From: Eledone cirrhosa
Taxonomy: Eukaryota
Assembly (NCBI GenBank): GCA_964016885.1
Contig: OZ024751.1
Span: forward strand, 29,388,001 to 29,452,000
Length of the DNA: 64,000 nucleotides
Direction of reading: 5' to 3'
Shown: positions 26,262 to 40,409 of the stretch, piece after piece
How positions within the stretch are numbered: the first letter of the stretch is position 1
How the letters are laid out: each line of letters opens with the position of its first letter
The notes under the pieces: generated by a model
Told to the model about the DNA's origin: nothing
Seen by the model: only the letters and a program-made list of their open reading frames with translations
The model's database searches: none
Position numbers and translations under genes: made by a program

Positions 26262-26864
26262 TGTATGTATATTCTCTCCTAACTTTTCTTGAGTCAGTAT
26301 CATCTTCTGTTGAGACAGAAGTGAAAGGGGGTGGGGAAAGAGAGGAGACACTGAAAGGGGCGCAGTAACATTATTTTAATAACACTTGAGCCCTGGAGAT
26401 GGAGCTTAATACCAAATATGTAGCATGTTTCTTTCTGAAAAAGTGCGATCAAATCCTACAGTCTCACACGCTCGAAAAAATTCCTTTATCCCTTATGGTG
26501 TCATTACAATTAGTCTTTTAAAACTTTGAATCCTTTTCAATTTAGGAACATAATTTGAGTGAAAATAACATATTTAAAAAAACATTATTTCTAGAATATA
26601 TGGGAGGAGGTGATTATTTTTTTTTTTTTTTTGTGGGGGGGGGGGTGCGTTTGTTTTTCTCGTGTCTTTTACCCCTGAAGATATATATTTTTTTTGTTTG
26701 TTTCTGTGGTACTTTTCTGTTAATAATGGTGATTTGTTTTTTAGGCAGCAAAGGCTCAAATATACTACTACTACTGCTAATAATAATAATAATAATATCT
26801 TTACTGGCCACTAGAGCTGAAACATTAGAGATGACAATACTAATAGTACTAATAGTTATTTTTA

Positions 26865-27105
26865 TATTATATATATTTCTAATATATATATATATTAGAA
26901 ATATATATATATAAGATATATATATATATAAGAGATATATATATATATAAGAGATATATATATATAAGATATATATATATATATGTAAGAGATATATATA
27001 TATAAGATATATATATATATAAGATATATATATATAAGATATATATATAAGATATATATATATATAAGATATATATATATATATATAAGATATATATATA
27101 TATAA
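26865..27105. repeat. (TA)n tract punctuated periodically by AG (..atatataagatata..)
   Basis: Directly visible. Confidence 0.9.
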
Positions 27106-27240
27106 GCAAAAGGGATATTTAATTTGTTGGTAATTCAACAAATATATATGTTTATAACTGATTTGAAGCACTCAACTGATTTTCTGGAGTATAATATTCA
27201 ATGATATTAAATAAATGGAAACTATATTTATAAAACCATA

Positions 27241-27297
27241 TTTATTCTATATATATTTGAAGGGTACCAAAACTTTGGTACGCCCTCATCAGATAAA
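27241..27297 (-). ncRNA. Degenerate hammerhead motif
   Basis: Minus strand: ttat CTGATGA gggcgtacc-aaagtttt-ggtaccct t cAAA tatata TA gaataa. GAAA is mutated, so probably inactive. Confidence 0.45.
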
Positions 27298-27499
27298 ATA
27301 CAAAGTTTGTTTTATAAATATTGACATATCCAGGAAGAAGATCTTAACGGTTCAAGTTTTTCCGGAGAAATGGTTCTTTTTATTCTCAACAAAATCTTGG
27401 ATCAGCCAGAGGTTCTACTTTTCTTTGTTATTCTCATCTAACATCTGCTCCTTTTTACTCCTCCTCTTCATCTTTCTTCTTCTTCTTCCTTCAGTAGTT

Positions 27500-27930
27500 T
27501 TATTTTTATTCAATGTTCACTTGGGCATAGCTGTCTGTGTCTTGGGTACGTGCAGTATTTTGTTTTTCTGTTGTACTTTATATAAAATGTGTATAGTACC
27601 AAGTAATGCTATTTTCTGTATGTTTTCAGACCCCATCTTCCATCTTTCTATTTGTCTCTAGATCTAGATATTTGCATTCAGATAATTTCTTCATTTCTTT
27701 GATAGATACATGGTTATTTCTGTTTTCAGACCCCACTCTCCACCTTTCTAGATCTAGATATTTGCATTTAGATAATTTCTTCATTTCTTTGATAGATACA
27801 TGGTTATCATGTAGGACTGATATGACAGTAAGAAAACACTTTCTGTCCTGACAGTCTATTACTATTGTTGTTGTTATACAGCTGTATGTACTCGCTTTAG
27901 ATTTGTTACACCACATCCTTGTATACTGTA
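27500..27930 (-). mobile_element. R4/Dong-like retrotransposon endonuclease remnant with internal tandem duplication
   Basis: IVIDCQDRKCFLTVISVLHDNHVSIKEMKKLSKCKYLDLE (REL-type, partly duplicated), then ENIQKIALLGTIHIL near 27580-27630. Confidence 0.75.
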
Positions 27931-28053
27931 AGAAGCAACTAAAAGGATTGTTGTCAAGAAGAGCATGCAGCTGTAAAGTATTGCCTCAAGAAATTGTGGC
28001 CAGCCCATGTTAGCATGGAAAAGTTGATGTAAAGACATTGATGTTAGTGTGAA

Positions 28054-28240
28054 ATAATTGTTTCTACTTTAGGCACAAGGCCAGCAATTACTCAGTGTAT
28101 TACTGGTACTTTATTTTATCGACCCCGTAAGGATGAAAGGCAAAGTCAACCTCGGCGGGATTTGAACTCAGATCGTAAAGGGACGTAACTCTGCTGGAAA
28201 GCATGGCGTCCGACCCTCTACCGATACTGCCAATCCACCG
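28054..28240 (-). mobile_element. SINE family A, young copy
   Basis: Near-complete reverse complement of 21374-21567. Confidence 0.92.
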
Positions 28241-28296
28241 AAATAATGGATGTTAAACAGCAGTGGTGATAAGGATGATGATATTTATTCAGTTAT

Positions 28297-28512
28297 TTAA
28301 CCATTTAGCATTTAAACCAGCTATATCTGGCCAGAATTCTCTCATCTCTTTCTGTTCAAACTGGCTGCAACTTGCTACTCATACTGATGTTTAGATATTG
28401 TTCTCAAAATGAATAATATCAAAATCTCATAGATTCAATATTATGTGAGATAATTATGTGAGATAATTACAGTGAAAATATAATAGTAAATATAGAGAAA
28501 TGTAAATGGTTA
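28297..28512. mobile_element. piggyBac-like MITE P1
   Basis: TTAA|ccatttagcattta start; P1 body. Confidence 0.8.
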
Positions 28513-28514
28513 AG

Positions 28515-28726
28515 AGTGGATTGACAGAGTGGTTAGAACATCAGACAAATGCTTTGCAGTATCTATTCTAGCTCACTATATTCGGAGTTCAAATCCCACT
28601 AAAGTCAAATTTGCCTTTCATCTTTTCAAGGTCAATAAAATAAAGCACCAGTCAAGTACTTGGGTCAATTTAATCAACTTTCCCCTTCCTATAAATTGCT
28701 GACCTTGTACCCGGATTTGAAACCAT
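28515..28726 (+). mobile_element. SINE family A, older subfamily
   Basis: gtggattgacagagtggttagaac...gagttcaaatccc...tttgcctttcatc...aaaataaagcaccag. Confidence 0.75.
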
Positions 28727-29998
28727 TGTTGCTGTTGTAGTTATTGTTTGTTCCCAGTTGCAGTTTTTATCAATGCTATTTCAAGGAATAGTGTATTTCA
28801 TTTGGTGATCCCTGTTGCAATATTTAACCTTGTATGATCTGAAAGCCTGGAATCTGGACCAAACCCTATTCCTGGAATGAACACGCTGGAGAAATGCTAT
28901 GAAAACGCCCAATGCTTGTGTCAAGTAAAGTAGACATTAATTAAACCAGATGATGTGTGTCTCTGTGTGTATATGTGTGTCTCTGTGTGTATATGTGTGT
29001 ATGCACAAATATGTATGCGTGTATATGTCTATGAGTGTGTGTGTGTGTCTATGTATCTGTCTGTATGTACGTATGTGTGTGTCTGTGTGTGCACATGTGT
29101 GTATGTATGTGTCTCAGTGTGCATATGTGTATATGTGTGTGGATGTATGTGCGTGTGTGTGACTGCATATATATATGCATGTGTCTCTGTATGTGCATGT
29201 ATGTATGTATGTATGTGTGTGTCTCTGTTTGTATGTATCTGTGTGTATGTGTGTATCTGTATGTATGTATGTATCTGTGTATGTGTGTGTATGTCTGTCT
29301 GTCTCTGTCTGTGTGTGTGTGAGTGTGTGTGTGTGTGTGTGTGTGTATGTTTGTGTCTGTGTGTATGTATGTGTCTCTATGTGTGTATTTATTCATACCA
29401 AGCTATTTGAGTAATCATTTTATTGAAAAATTCTTCGATGAAATTTCAGTGTGGGTTTCCAGTTCTATTTGAGGCTAATGCATGAAATAACATTCACAGA
29501 ACCATAGAACTAATTATGGTATTTGTGGAACCATGCGTTTACCATTGTATTTGCAAGAATATCTATAGACTAAAGATATATATCGTGTGCACCATATATC
29601 TGTGCATTCATATTTCAATAATTTATATCTTTATATAGTGCCACGCATGAGTGGATAAAGAATGGAACTTCTCCATTCCTAAACTCCAAATATGGTAAGC
29701 TATGCACAAACTGAAAGTTAATACTTTTCTGGGTGATTTGAGCATGACTTTGAAATTGTACTGCCATGTGACAAACTAAGTCTTGACCACATTACAGCTC
29801 GTTACATTAAAACCTTTCAAATTTTTAATGTTTGTCCTTCCTGACGCTATCAAGTCTATATTCTATATATATAGGAAATTCTATAATAAACTGGTAAATA
29901 ATTATCCAACTTTAAAACTGCATCAGAAATATATTAAATGATGCAATCCAAAGATTTTTATATAATTTCTCTGGCTAGCTTCTCTCTCTCTCTCTCCC

Positions 29999-30045
<47 letters not shown>

Positions 30046-30105
30046 CTCTCTCTCTATCTATCTATCTCACTCTCTCTCTCTGTCTCTCTCTCTATATATA
30101 CATAT

Positions 30106-30201
<96 letters not shown>

Positions 30202-30216
30202 TATATATATTTATAT

Positions 30217-30266
<50 letters not shown>

Positions 30267-30350
30267 TATATATATTTATATATACATGTATATATATATA
30301 TACATATATATATACACATGTATTTATATATATATGTGTGTATATATGTG

Positions 30351-30383
<33 letters not shown>

Positions 30384-30911
30384 TTGGGGATGTGTCTCTT
30401 CTCTCTTTCTCTTCCTTTCACTTGCCAGTAAAAATTCAATAATTGAGCTCTACATCATATATGCATATGTGTATGTGTCTGCATATGTCTGTGTATGTAT
30501 ATGTGTCTGTATCTTTCTGTGTGTGAGGTGTATATGCATGAATTTAATGTGTCTGTGTGTATGAATGTATGTATTTTTGTCTATATGTGTATCTGTGTGT
30601 ATGCATATCTGTGTGTGTTTTTGTGTGCATACATGATTCCATGTGTGTAGATGTGTATTTGTGTAAGTGTGTCTCTAGTAGTTATAAATATATTTATGCT
30701 TTTCCTCCTTTTCACCTTAAAAGAATACTGCTTCATATTTAAATAATAAAATGTTTTAATGTGATAACAACTAAAATAGAATTCATTCACAACAGAAAAA
30801 TTTACAATAATATGTCTCATAATGTCTGACACAAACTTAGATAAACAGTATTATTTTATTAAATATGTTATACACTCTATAAGGTAGATGGTGATAGTAA
30901 GGGTATTGATT

Positions 30912-31268
30912 TGTAGAAAACTTGTCAAACACAGGGTTTAGAGGACTGTTCAGTTATGCCAAAGATATGGCAACTCTCTTATTGTTGGTGCCATGATAAA
31001 ATGCATTTGGTAAAGTCTAAAAGTCTGAGGTTTGATTGCCATGTCTTTGGCATAGCTGCAGGGTCTCCAAGAGAAATTTTGCAAGGTAGTACAAGACCCC
31101 TTTGGGGCCCGAAGCAGGCAAAGATTTTTCTCAAAATGTATGTTGCATGGTTGCTGTGGGGCTTTCTTAGCTCTTGGGCCCCGGAACAAAGTACCGGCTG
31201 AACCCCCTCTCATAGGTCCTGCATAGCTAAACAGTCCTCCAAACCCTCTGTTTGACAAGTTTTCTACA
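30912..31268. mobile_element. Fold-back element with inverted arms of about 62 bp, right arm interrupted
   Basis: tgtagaaaacttgtcaaacacagggtttagaggactgttcagttatgccaaagatatggcaa is complementary to 31035-31058 plus 31230-31268. Confidence 0.75.
31059..31221. mobile_element. hAT-like MITE
   Basis: cagg...cctg termini flanked by 8-bp duplication catagctg / catagcta. Confidence 0.7.
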
Positions 31269-32224
31269 GCAACTTTCTTAGTGTTGGCATCACAATTAAA
31301 TGGAAGTCTGAAGTGTGTCCCAAGTGCTTATCCTGGTTTCTGTTTCTTAAGCAAATACGAGTACAAGACTTCCTCCCTTGACAGGATGCCAGTCCTTTGC
31401 AGATTTAAAGCCCCAGGTATTGATGAAGCTCATTTTCTGCTGAGTATACTGGAGCAATGTGAAATGAAGTGTTTTGCTTAAGAACACAACACACAACTCA
31501 GTCCAGGAATGAAACCCATGACATTAAATGATGATTATGATGATGACAGTGATGATGACAATGACAGCAATGAGGATGATGATGTATGTGACCATCTTAT
31601 ACTGAAGGTTGTTGTTGAAGAATTCTTATTTAATGCAATTTTAAGATATAGATGCCAAGGTTGCTAGATTAATTTCATATAATACACAACACAGCAACAA
31701 GTATTTAAACCCTTTTCATAACAAACTGCCTGAAAACAGCCATAGTTTTGCAATATAAAGCTGTTTGTTTTGAAGTGTTTATATTTATCTAAAAACCTTT
31801 CATCGTAATTTTATGTTAGAACATTTGTTAAGTTATGTTCCAAACACCAGCTTGAAATACATAAACATTTTTTTTTTTCATCAGAAATATGTTAATGAAA
31901 AGATTAAGGCCTTTTCTCTGCTAATACAAGGACTTATCACGGAGTCCCATTTGAAGCTATATTCTACTGCCAAATATATTTCTTGGCACCAACGTTTTAG
32001 TTGTCTTTTAGGACATACAAGAATACAGTGGATCTATTCTAAACTGGATACACAGAAAATGTGAAAAATTTAGCAGATTTTGTTAGAATGTAGCTTCAAA
32101 TAAATGTAGAAAGGAAGTGTGTAGGAACTGTATATGATGTACTCAATCTAATGTATGAATAAACAGGGTAGAGTGGGATTGTACTTAGGTTAAGAGGAAA
32201 GATAATTTTTACATGGATATATGA

Positions 32225-32512
32225 GGAATCAAACGTCAGGTGTTGTCTGCAAGAAAGAGGAAAGCTCTGGTATGGATATGTGTTGTGTATGGATAATGAT
32301 CCCTAGAAGGATATGTTTCAGGAGAGGAGATGCTGATGGAAGGAAGCAGCAAAAGAAAAGGGTGAGGTAAATAGTGCCAATTTTAGAAAACACTGACCCT
32401 GACAGAGGAATTGACGAAGGAAGGCTAGTTGACGAAGTGGGGTCTAGCTGTGGTGGAGAGGACCTATCAGACCCAAGCAAGCATTGAAAAGTGGACATAA
32501 AATTATGATGGT
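32225..32512 (+). mobile_element. Old RTE LINE 3' fragment
   Basis: caagaaagagg...tggtatggatatgtgttgtgtatggat (LWYGYVLCMD), ending gcaagcattgaaaagtggacataaaattatgatg. Confidence 0.6.
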
Positions 32513-32581
32513 ATGTGTGTGCATAATGTATAGATATAGGCATAATATATGCCTGTATAAATATATATAAATGTGTGTGTA

Positions 32582-32612
<31 letters not shown>

Positions 32613-32692
32613 ATATTTAAATATATATATAAATATATATATATATAAATATATATATAAATATATATATAAATATATACCAATCAAACCCC

Positions 32693-32754
32693 TTTTATAG
32701 CTCTGATGAATCCTACGGTTACACGTAAGGAAGAAACATTGTTAGCCAATAAAA
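32693..32754 (+). ncRNA. Minimal type-I hammerhead motif in a ~115-bp element inside (TA)n
   Basis: ttttata gct CTGATGA atcctacg-gttaca-cgtaaggaa GAAA cattg TT agc caataaaa. Confidence 0.75.
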
Positions 32755-32807
32755 ATCTTTTGATGTTGTAGACGCTCTTGTGTTCTTTTTCATATAAATA
32801 TATATAT

Positions 32808-33093
<286 letters not shown>

Positions 33094-33244
33094 CTCTATA
33101 TTTGTACTCACGCACAAATTTATATACATAGATTTATGTACACATTCAGATATATATATATATATGCATGGATATATGCTAAAATATACATAAGTGTGTA
33201 TATGCCTAATGCGATGTAACATTATAATTTGATATATATGTATC

Positions 33245-33304
<60 letters not shown>

Positions 33305-33479
33305 GTAATGTATTACATAGTTATATATTACTAAACATTCTAGACTGCAAATATCTCTCCATAATTACATAGAAGCTAATATATCATTGTCTGGTTTTGT
33401 CCTAGAAGTTCATTTATCAAAATATTGCCCTCTACATCATACAGAGATGTAAAGACAAATATACCTACATTCATACATA

Positions 33480-33533
33480 TATACATATAGATGTGTGCAC
33501 GCGCACACTTATACATACATATATGTAATTGTA

Positions 33534-33580
<47 letters not shown>

Positions 33581-33642
33581 TATAGGATTGTGAGTGTATT
33601 CATATATATATATATGTGTATTTATATATGTATGCGTTTGTG

Positions 33643-33675
<33 letters not shown>

Positions 33676-33724
33676 ATATATATATGAATGCACACACACA
33701 CATATATATATATGTGAATGTGTA

Positions 33725-33779
<55 letters not shown>

Positions 33780-35515
33780 TATATAATATATATATATGTA
33801 TGTGTATGAATATATATATACTTAAATCTTGATATATATTTATATATGTATGTGTATAAATCTATCTATGTATGTCTATGTGTGTATGTATATATCTATA
33901 TATCTCTCTCTCTCTATATATATATATATACATTCACACACTATATATGTCCATACATATACACACACATGTACATAGATATACACATATATACACTCAC
34001 ATGTACATATATGGTTGCCTTTATCTAAATTATAACTGGCCAACACACTCACTATATAGGATTGTATTTATTTGCTCAGTGTTTATATTCATGTAGTTTT
34101 ATTTTATTACTTCTTAACATGTATACATGCCAATTGTGTGTGTATATATACACATATATATCACACACACATATATATGTATATATATATATACACACAC
34201 ATATATATATACACACACACACATATATATACACACACACACGCATATATATATATACACACACACATATATATATATATACACACATATATACGTATAT
34301 ATATACACATACACACACACACATATATATACACTACACACACACACACACATATATATATACACACACACACATATATATACACACACACACGCATATA
34401 TATATATACACACACACATATATATATATACACACATATATACGTATATATATACACATACACACACACACACATATATACACTACACACACACACACAC
34501 ATATATATGTATATATATATATATACACACACATATATATATATACACACACACACATATATATACACACACACACGCATATATATATATACACACACAC
34601 ACATATATATATACACACACACATATATACGTATATATATACACATACACACACACACATATATATACACTACACACACACACACACATATATATGTATA
34701 TATATATATATACACACACACATATATATACACACACACACACATATATATACACACACACACGCATATATATATATACATACACACACATATATATATA
34801 TACACACACATATATACGTATATATATACACATACACACACACACACACATATATATACACTACACACACACACATATATATATACACACACACACATAT
34901 ATATACACACACACACGCATATATATATATACACACACACATATATATATACACACACACGCATATATATATATACACACACACATATATATACACACAC
35001 ACACGCATATATATATATACACACACACACATATATATATATACACACATATATACGTATATATATACACATACACACACACACATATATATACACTACA
35101 CTACACACACACACATATATATATATATCCCCACACAGACTGCATGTATGATTCCTTACCACCTTACCTGTCGTCGCTTTTACTCGTTTTTGCGCATACA
35201 CATTTGCACCTAATCACATAGCTGTGCACATTAATGTAGTTGTATCTATGTATGTATTTCTGTGTATATAAATCTATATACATACATATTTACTGATATA
35301 TATATATACATATATATATATGTATATATATATGTATATATATATGTATATATATATGTATATATATATGTATATATATATATATATATACATACATATT
35401 TACTGATATATATATATACATATATATATATGTATATATATATGTATATATATATGTATATATATATATATATATATATGCACATATATATGCACACATA
35501 TATATATACACATAT
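33480..35515. repeat. Large compound TA/CA/TG microsatellite, with higher-order repeat at 34140-35128
   Basis: Marker words cacgcata, tacgtata and cactacac recur in fixed order about five times. Confidence 0.92.
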
Positions 35516-36629
35516 CACTTAGTGAAATACAATGGCAGTTGTTTTATCTCTATATCTTATCTCTCTCTCCTTCTCTGTTTCTCTTAAGACTTGTTATTGA
35601 TAGAAAGTCTGATGTAAAAACTTGCTATAATTCTATACTTTCCTTCACACATTAACACCACTTCTTGGTGTGATTTGTATTTAATTTTCTCAAACATGTG
35701 CCCAACATCTGTGAAAAGGCATTTTTGATATATAAAAGATTTCGAAGAATTAGTCTCATAAACTTTGTCAATAATCAATGCTATTGGTTTAATTGATTTT
35801 TTTTAAATGTGAAAACCAATCGATTTGTTTTCTCTCAGTTTGTAAGTAAGTTCAAAGCATGTTGAATAAATCACCACCTCTTTTTTTTCTGAAATAGAGG
35901 TCAGTATGGGGGATTAGTTACATGTTACTGCTAATACAGCATTTAGTTTCAGTGGCTAATATAGCTAGTTCAATCCCAACCCTTAACATCTTATAATGAT
36001 TTCACAGAAAATAGCTAAAAACGTGTTTGTTAATTCAAATGTTTATAGTTTCTTTACTATAAGACAAATCATTGTGAAAATCTGTAGTATCTCTTAACAT
36101 TCTGTAATATCTAAAAAGAGGTTCATTAATTCAAATATTTATCATATCTTTACTAGCAGACAGATTGATGTGAAAATATGCAGTATTAACTCTTAACATC
36201 CCATAAGGATTTTGCAAAAAATATCTCAAAATATGTTTGTTAATTTAAATGTTTATAGTATCTTTATTCATGGACAGATGGTTGTGGAAATTTGCACTAT
36301 TAATTCTTAACATCCTGTAATGATTTTCCTGAAAATATCTTTGTCAATTTAAATGTTTATTGTATCTTTACTAGTTGATAAATTATTGTGAAAATTTGCA
36401 GTGTTTAGTAATATAACTATCTTTGTCAATATTTAGCTGGGATTTGTAATATAACTGAAGAAAAGGCTTTCATATGAAATTATGATAGACGGTTTTTAGA
36501 TAAATATAAATATTTTAACACTTTTATTAACATATTTTTAATGAAAGTGCTTCTGATTTTCAGACAATTTTGAAAAATAATCAAGAATCTGGAGGGATTT
36601 ATTAATATAACTAGCTTTCTTATTATTAA

Positions 36630-36810
36630 GTTGGTGTCTCCATGCTTCATAGTGTTATGGCCCTTCTGAGTTCAAATCTCGCTGAGATTAGTTTTGCATT
36701 TCATCCTTCTGGGTTCAATAAAATAAAGAATCAGTAATGCACTGGGGTTGATTTAATCAACTATCCCCTCCCCAAAAATTGTTGGCTTTGTGTCAAAATC
36801 AAACCATTAT
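36630..36810 (+). mobile_element. SINE family A, diverged
   Basis: ctgagttcaaatctcgc...tttgcatttcatcc...aaaataaagaatcagtaatgcactgggg. Confidence 0.75.
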
Positions 36811-37265
36811 TAAGTTGGTGTCTGGAACATAACTAAACAAAGATTCTTACATAAAATTCTGATGGGAAATTTATGGATAAATATAAAACACTTTAAAATA
36901 AACAGCTTTGTAACATATAACCAGTTTTACGTGGTTTAGTATCAAAGGATAAAGAATATTAACAATTTAAAAAATCAGAAAAGAATATATCTTGTTCTTG
37001 AAAAACAGATGTGCCCATAAAGTTAGTTATCACTTCATGTCCCTTTTTCTGTTTGCATGGGCTGGAGTAATCCTGGTGCCTATCCCAGTTTCATGCGTGT
37101 TAAGCCAGGATTAACAGCCACACTGTTGAAGGGTTAATTTGTTCTCAGCTTGTGTCTGTAACCAATCAGACTTGTTAGCTACAGTTCTATTGAGGAACTG
37201 GACTGCCAAATTTTCAAGAGATGAATGAAACAATAAAAACAGTTGGCAATTGGACAGTGCTGCTA

Positions 37266-37862
37266 ATAATTGTTTCTACTTTTGGCACAAGGCAAGCAAT
37301 TACCCAGTGTATTACTGGTACTTTATTTTATCGACCCCATAAGGATGAAAGGCAAAGTTAACCTCGGCGGGATTTGAACTCAGAATGGCAAGGGCCGTAA
37401 CTCTATGCGTCAAAGCATGGCGTCCGACCCTCTACCGATACTGCCAATCCTTTGCTGCTAATAATGGTTTCTCATTTAGACACAACCAGCAATTTTGGGT
37501 GATGGGAATATCGATTAAATGGACCCAGTTTGTTACTGGTACTTTATTTTATCGATCCCGTAAGGATGAAAGTCAAAGCTAACTTCGGTGGGATTTGAAG
37601 TCAGAACGTAAAGGGCCGTAACTCTATGCCACGAAGCATATTATCCAGCATTCTACCAACACTGCCAGTCCATCTCCTTGACAGTGTTACTAATAATTGT
37701 TTCTACTTTTATCATAAGGCCATCAAATACCCCAGTACATTACTGGTACCTTATTTTATCGACCCCGTAAGCATTAAAGGCTAAGTTAACCTCGGCGGGA
37801 TTTAAACTCAAACCGTAAAGGGGACGTAACTCTATGCTGGAAAGCATGGTGTCCGACCCTCT
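37266..37862 (-). mobile_element. Three tandem SINE family A copies (37266-37450, 37462-37676, 37692-37862)
   Basis: Three successive reverse-complement matches to the family A consensus. Confidence 0.9.
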
Positions 37863-38193
37863 AGAACCCTAAATCAACTACATGGAGTGCAAGTCCATTG
37901 TAGGACTACCCTTCAGCTACTGCTTGTAGCTACTCATTTTATTTTCAGTTGATTGAACTGGAGCAATGTAAAATGAAGTGTCTTGCTCAAGGATACATAA
38001 ATTCTGGTCTGAGGAATATGTGGTAATAATATCTGATAGTAAGAAAAAATAAATAAGCAATATGAATTTTGAATTATTAAAGTTTTCCTGAATTGTTTGT
38101 TATTTAGTGGTTTACTTTTTTTTCTTTTTCATAGAAATAAATAAATAAATATTTGAAATGATCATCGCAAAGTTGTTTGAACGAGAATTTTAT

Positions 38194-38235
<42 letters not shown>

Positions 38236-38278
38236 CTTTATATATGCATATATGTATATATGTGGGTGTGTGTATAAA

Positions 38279-38331
<53 letters not shown>

Positions 38332-38540
38332 TTGTCTATCTGTTAATATATATTTGTTGTCATTATAGTTGTGTGATTAAGATGAAGTACTTTACAGAAA
38401 AGTACAAGTTACCAAGAACAATTTTTGATTGAGTCATGAAATTTAGGATCAGCTTACACATTTTCTTTTTCGTATATTATAGTATAACATAGCTTTGGAG
38501 TGCTTTGATAAAATATTTACATGTGTATATATGTTTGCAC

Positions 38541-38590
<50 letters not shown>

Positions 38591-39113
38591 ATATATATGT
38601 ATGTTTGTATGTGTGTGTGTATATGTATCTATAACTATCAATTTTATGATTTTATTCAGACAGTTTTAACTTTTGTCTTTTTTGTCTTTCTCTCCCCCCC
38701 CCATCCCTCCCTCCACCCTCTTCGTTGAAACTCCTTAAAGTTATTGGAAGAAAATTGGCTTTTCACTTGAACATCATCATCATCATCATTTTTATTATTA
38801 TCATCATCATCATCATCACCGCATCATAAACATTTTTATTATCATTATTATTATCATAATCACCATCACTGTCATTATCAATAATAATTTCATTATTATT
38901 ATTATTATTATTATTAACTTAAAGGCTGTTTGAATCTGACTTTCTAAAATTGGATTCATTATTTTGAAAATATCGGTAATTCTATTAATCCTTCATCCGT
39001 CAAAAGAGTCCTCATGTATCCTTCTATCCTCTATATTCTCTCTCTCTTTCCCCACTCTCTCTCCCTCTCCTCGCTCTCACTGCCTTTCTCTCTCCCTCTC
39101 CTCATTCTCACTG

Positions 39114-39148
<35 letters not shown>

Positions 39149-39814
39149 CCTTAGTCTATATCCACATTACATTTTTATCCAGTTCTGTGCCAAGTGTATA
39201 TTTAAAACACATCCGTCACTTCGGTAATGTACTGGTCCATGTTGGCAGCATGTCAAAGGTCGCTCAACTCCCAAATCATATAAGGAGAAGGAGGAAGAGG
39301 ATTGTTTGTTTGTTTATCTCATCCATTGAAACCATTTTTCTCATACTTTCTTTCATTCCTTGGATCCTCTACTCTTTCCCTTTCTCTCTCTCTCTATCCA
39401 TTATAACTTATTATATTTGTGGAGAGATGCTGTGCTGAAAAGGACCCCTCCAACCTATGCGAGCATGCAAAAATGGGCATAAAATCAACGATGATGATGA
39501 TGGTATTTGTAGAAATGTGTCTGTATTCAGTGATGTGTGTCATAAAAACCAGTTACTGTGTGTATCCAGTTTAAAATATGTCCCTGCATGTTGTTAGAGA
39601 TGACTAAATGTATTGGAAGCTGCAAGGACATATAACTGTAAAACACTGCCCCAAAAAGGACCTCGTAATGTGTAGGAATATTGTCATAGGGATATCAAGG
39701 CTAACCCCTTCTTTAGCAGGGGAAATGACCTTAAAATTCTTGTTGGTGGTATTGTTATGAAAACAAATGTAGTTAAGGAATTGCATCTTTGCAATCCTTA
39801 ACTCATGATTTTAA

Positions 39815-40076
39815 AACCCTTTTCATCCAAAACTGCCTGAATTTTACTCCTGGTTGTTGTATAGAAAACTATTTTAAGGTGTTTATATTTAACTACAACC
39901 TTTCATCATAGTTTTATGTAAGACCCTTTGTTATGTTATGTTCCAAATAATAGTTTAATAAAGAGAAAGTTATTGTTAACATTTAATCCCTCTAAATTCT
40001 TGATTGCCTATTATTTCCAATTAATTTTGAAGATAATCAGTGTCTTTCATTAGAAATGTGGTAATAAAAGGGTTAA
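39815..40076. mobile_element. piggyBac-like MITE, family P2 (diverged)
   Basis: aacccttttcatccaaaactgcctg ... ggtaataaaagggTTAA; relatives near 31706-31900 and 51260-51560. Confidence 0.55.
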
Positions 40077-40409
40077 TAGTTATAACAAATATAACTATGG
40101 ACCAACGTTTCAGTTTATAAAACATTTAAATTCCCATTTCTTATCCTCTTGGCTTCCTAAAACTAAACTAACTCTTACTTCTGTATTATACAATAACCGA
40201 CAAAGAAAGATGTATCTGGTTAAGAATAGACACACTGTATCCCTGTATGTTGTAAAAGGTGACTAAAAGGGGTGACACAAGGAAGGGCATCTCAGCTGTT
40301 TCCAAAAAAGGTTTTTCATGAGGTTTGCAAGGTTGATCTCAGCTTTAGCTGAGAGAAATGGTCTTAAAATACTTGCTACTGCTACTGCTGCTGCTGTGGA
40401 GGAGCAATA

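Noticed and set aside
34062-35221. Longest ORFs (346-383 aa) and similar [12 protein letters not shown] ORFs throughout
   Set aside because: They are translations of dinucleotide microsatellites, open in several frames on both strands.
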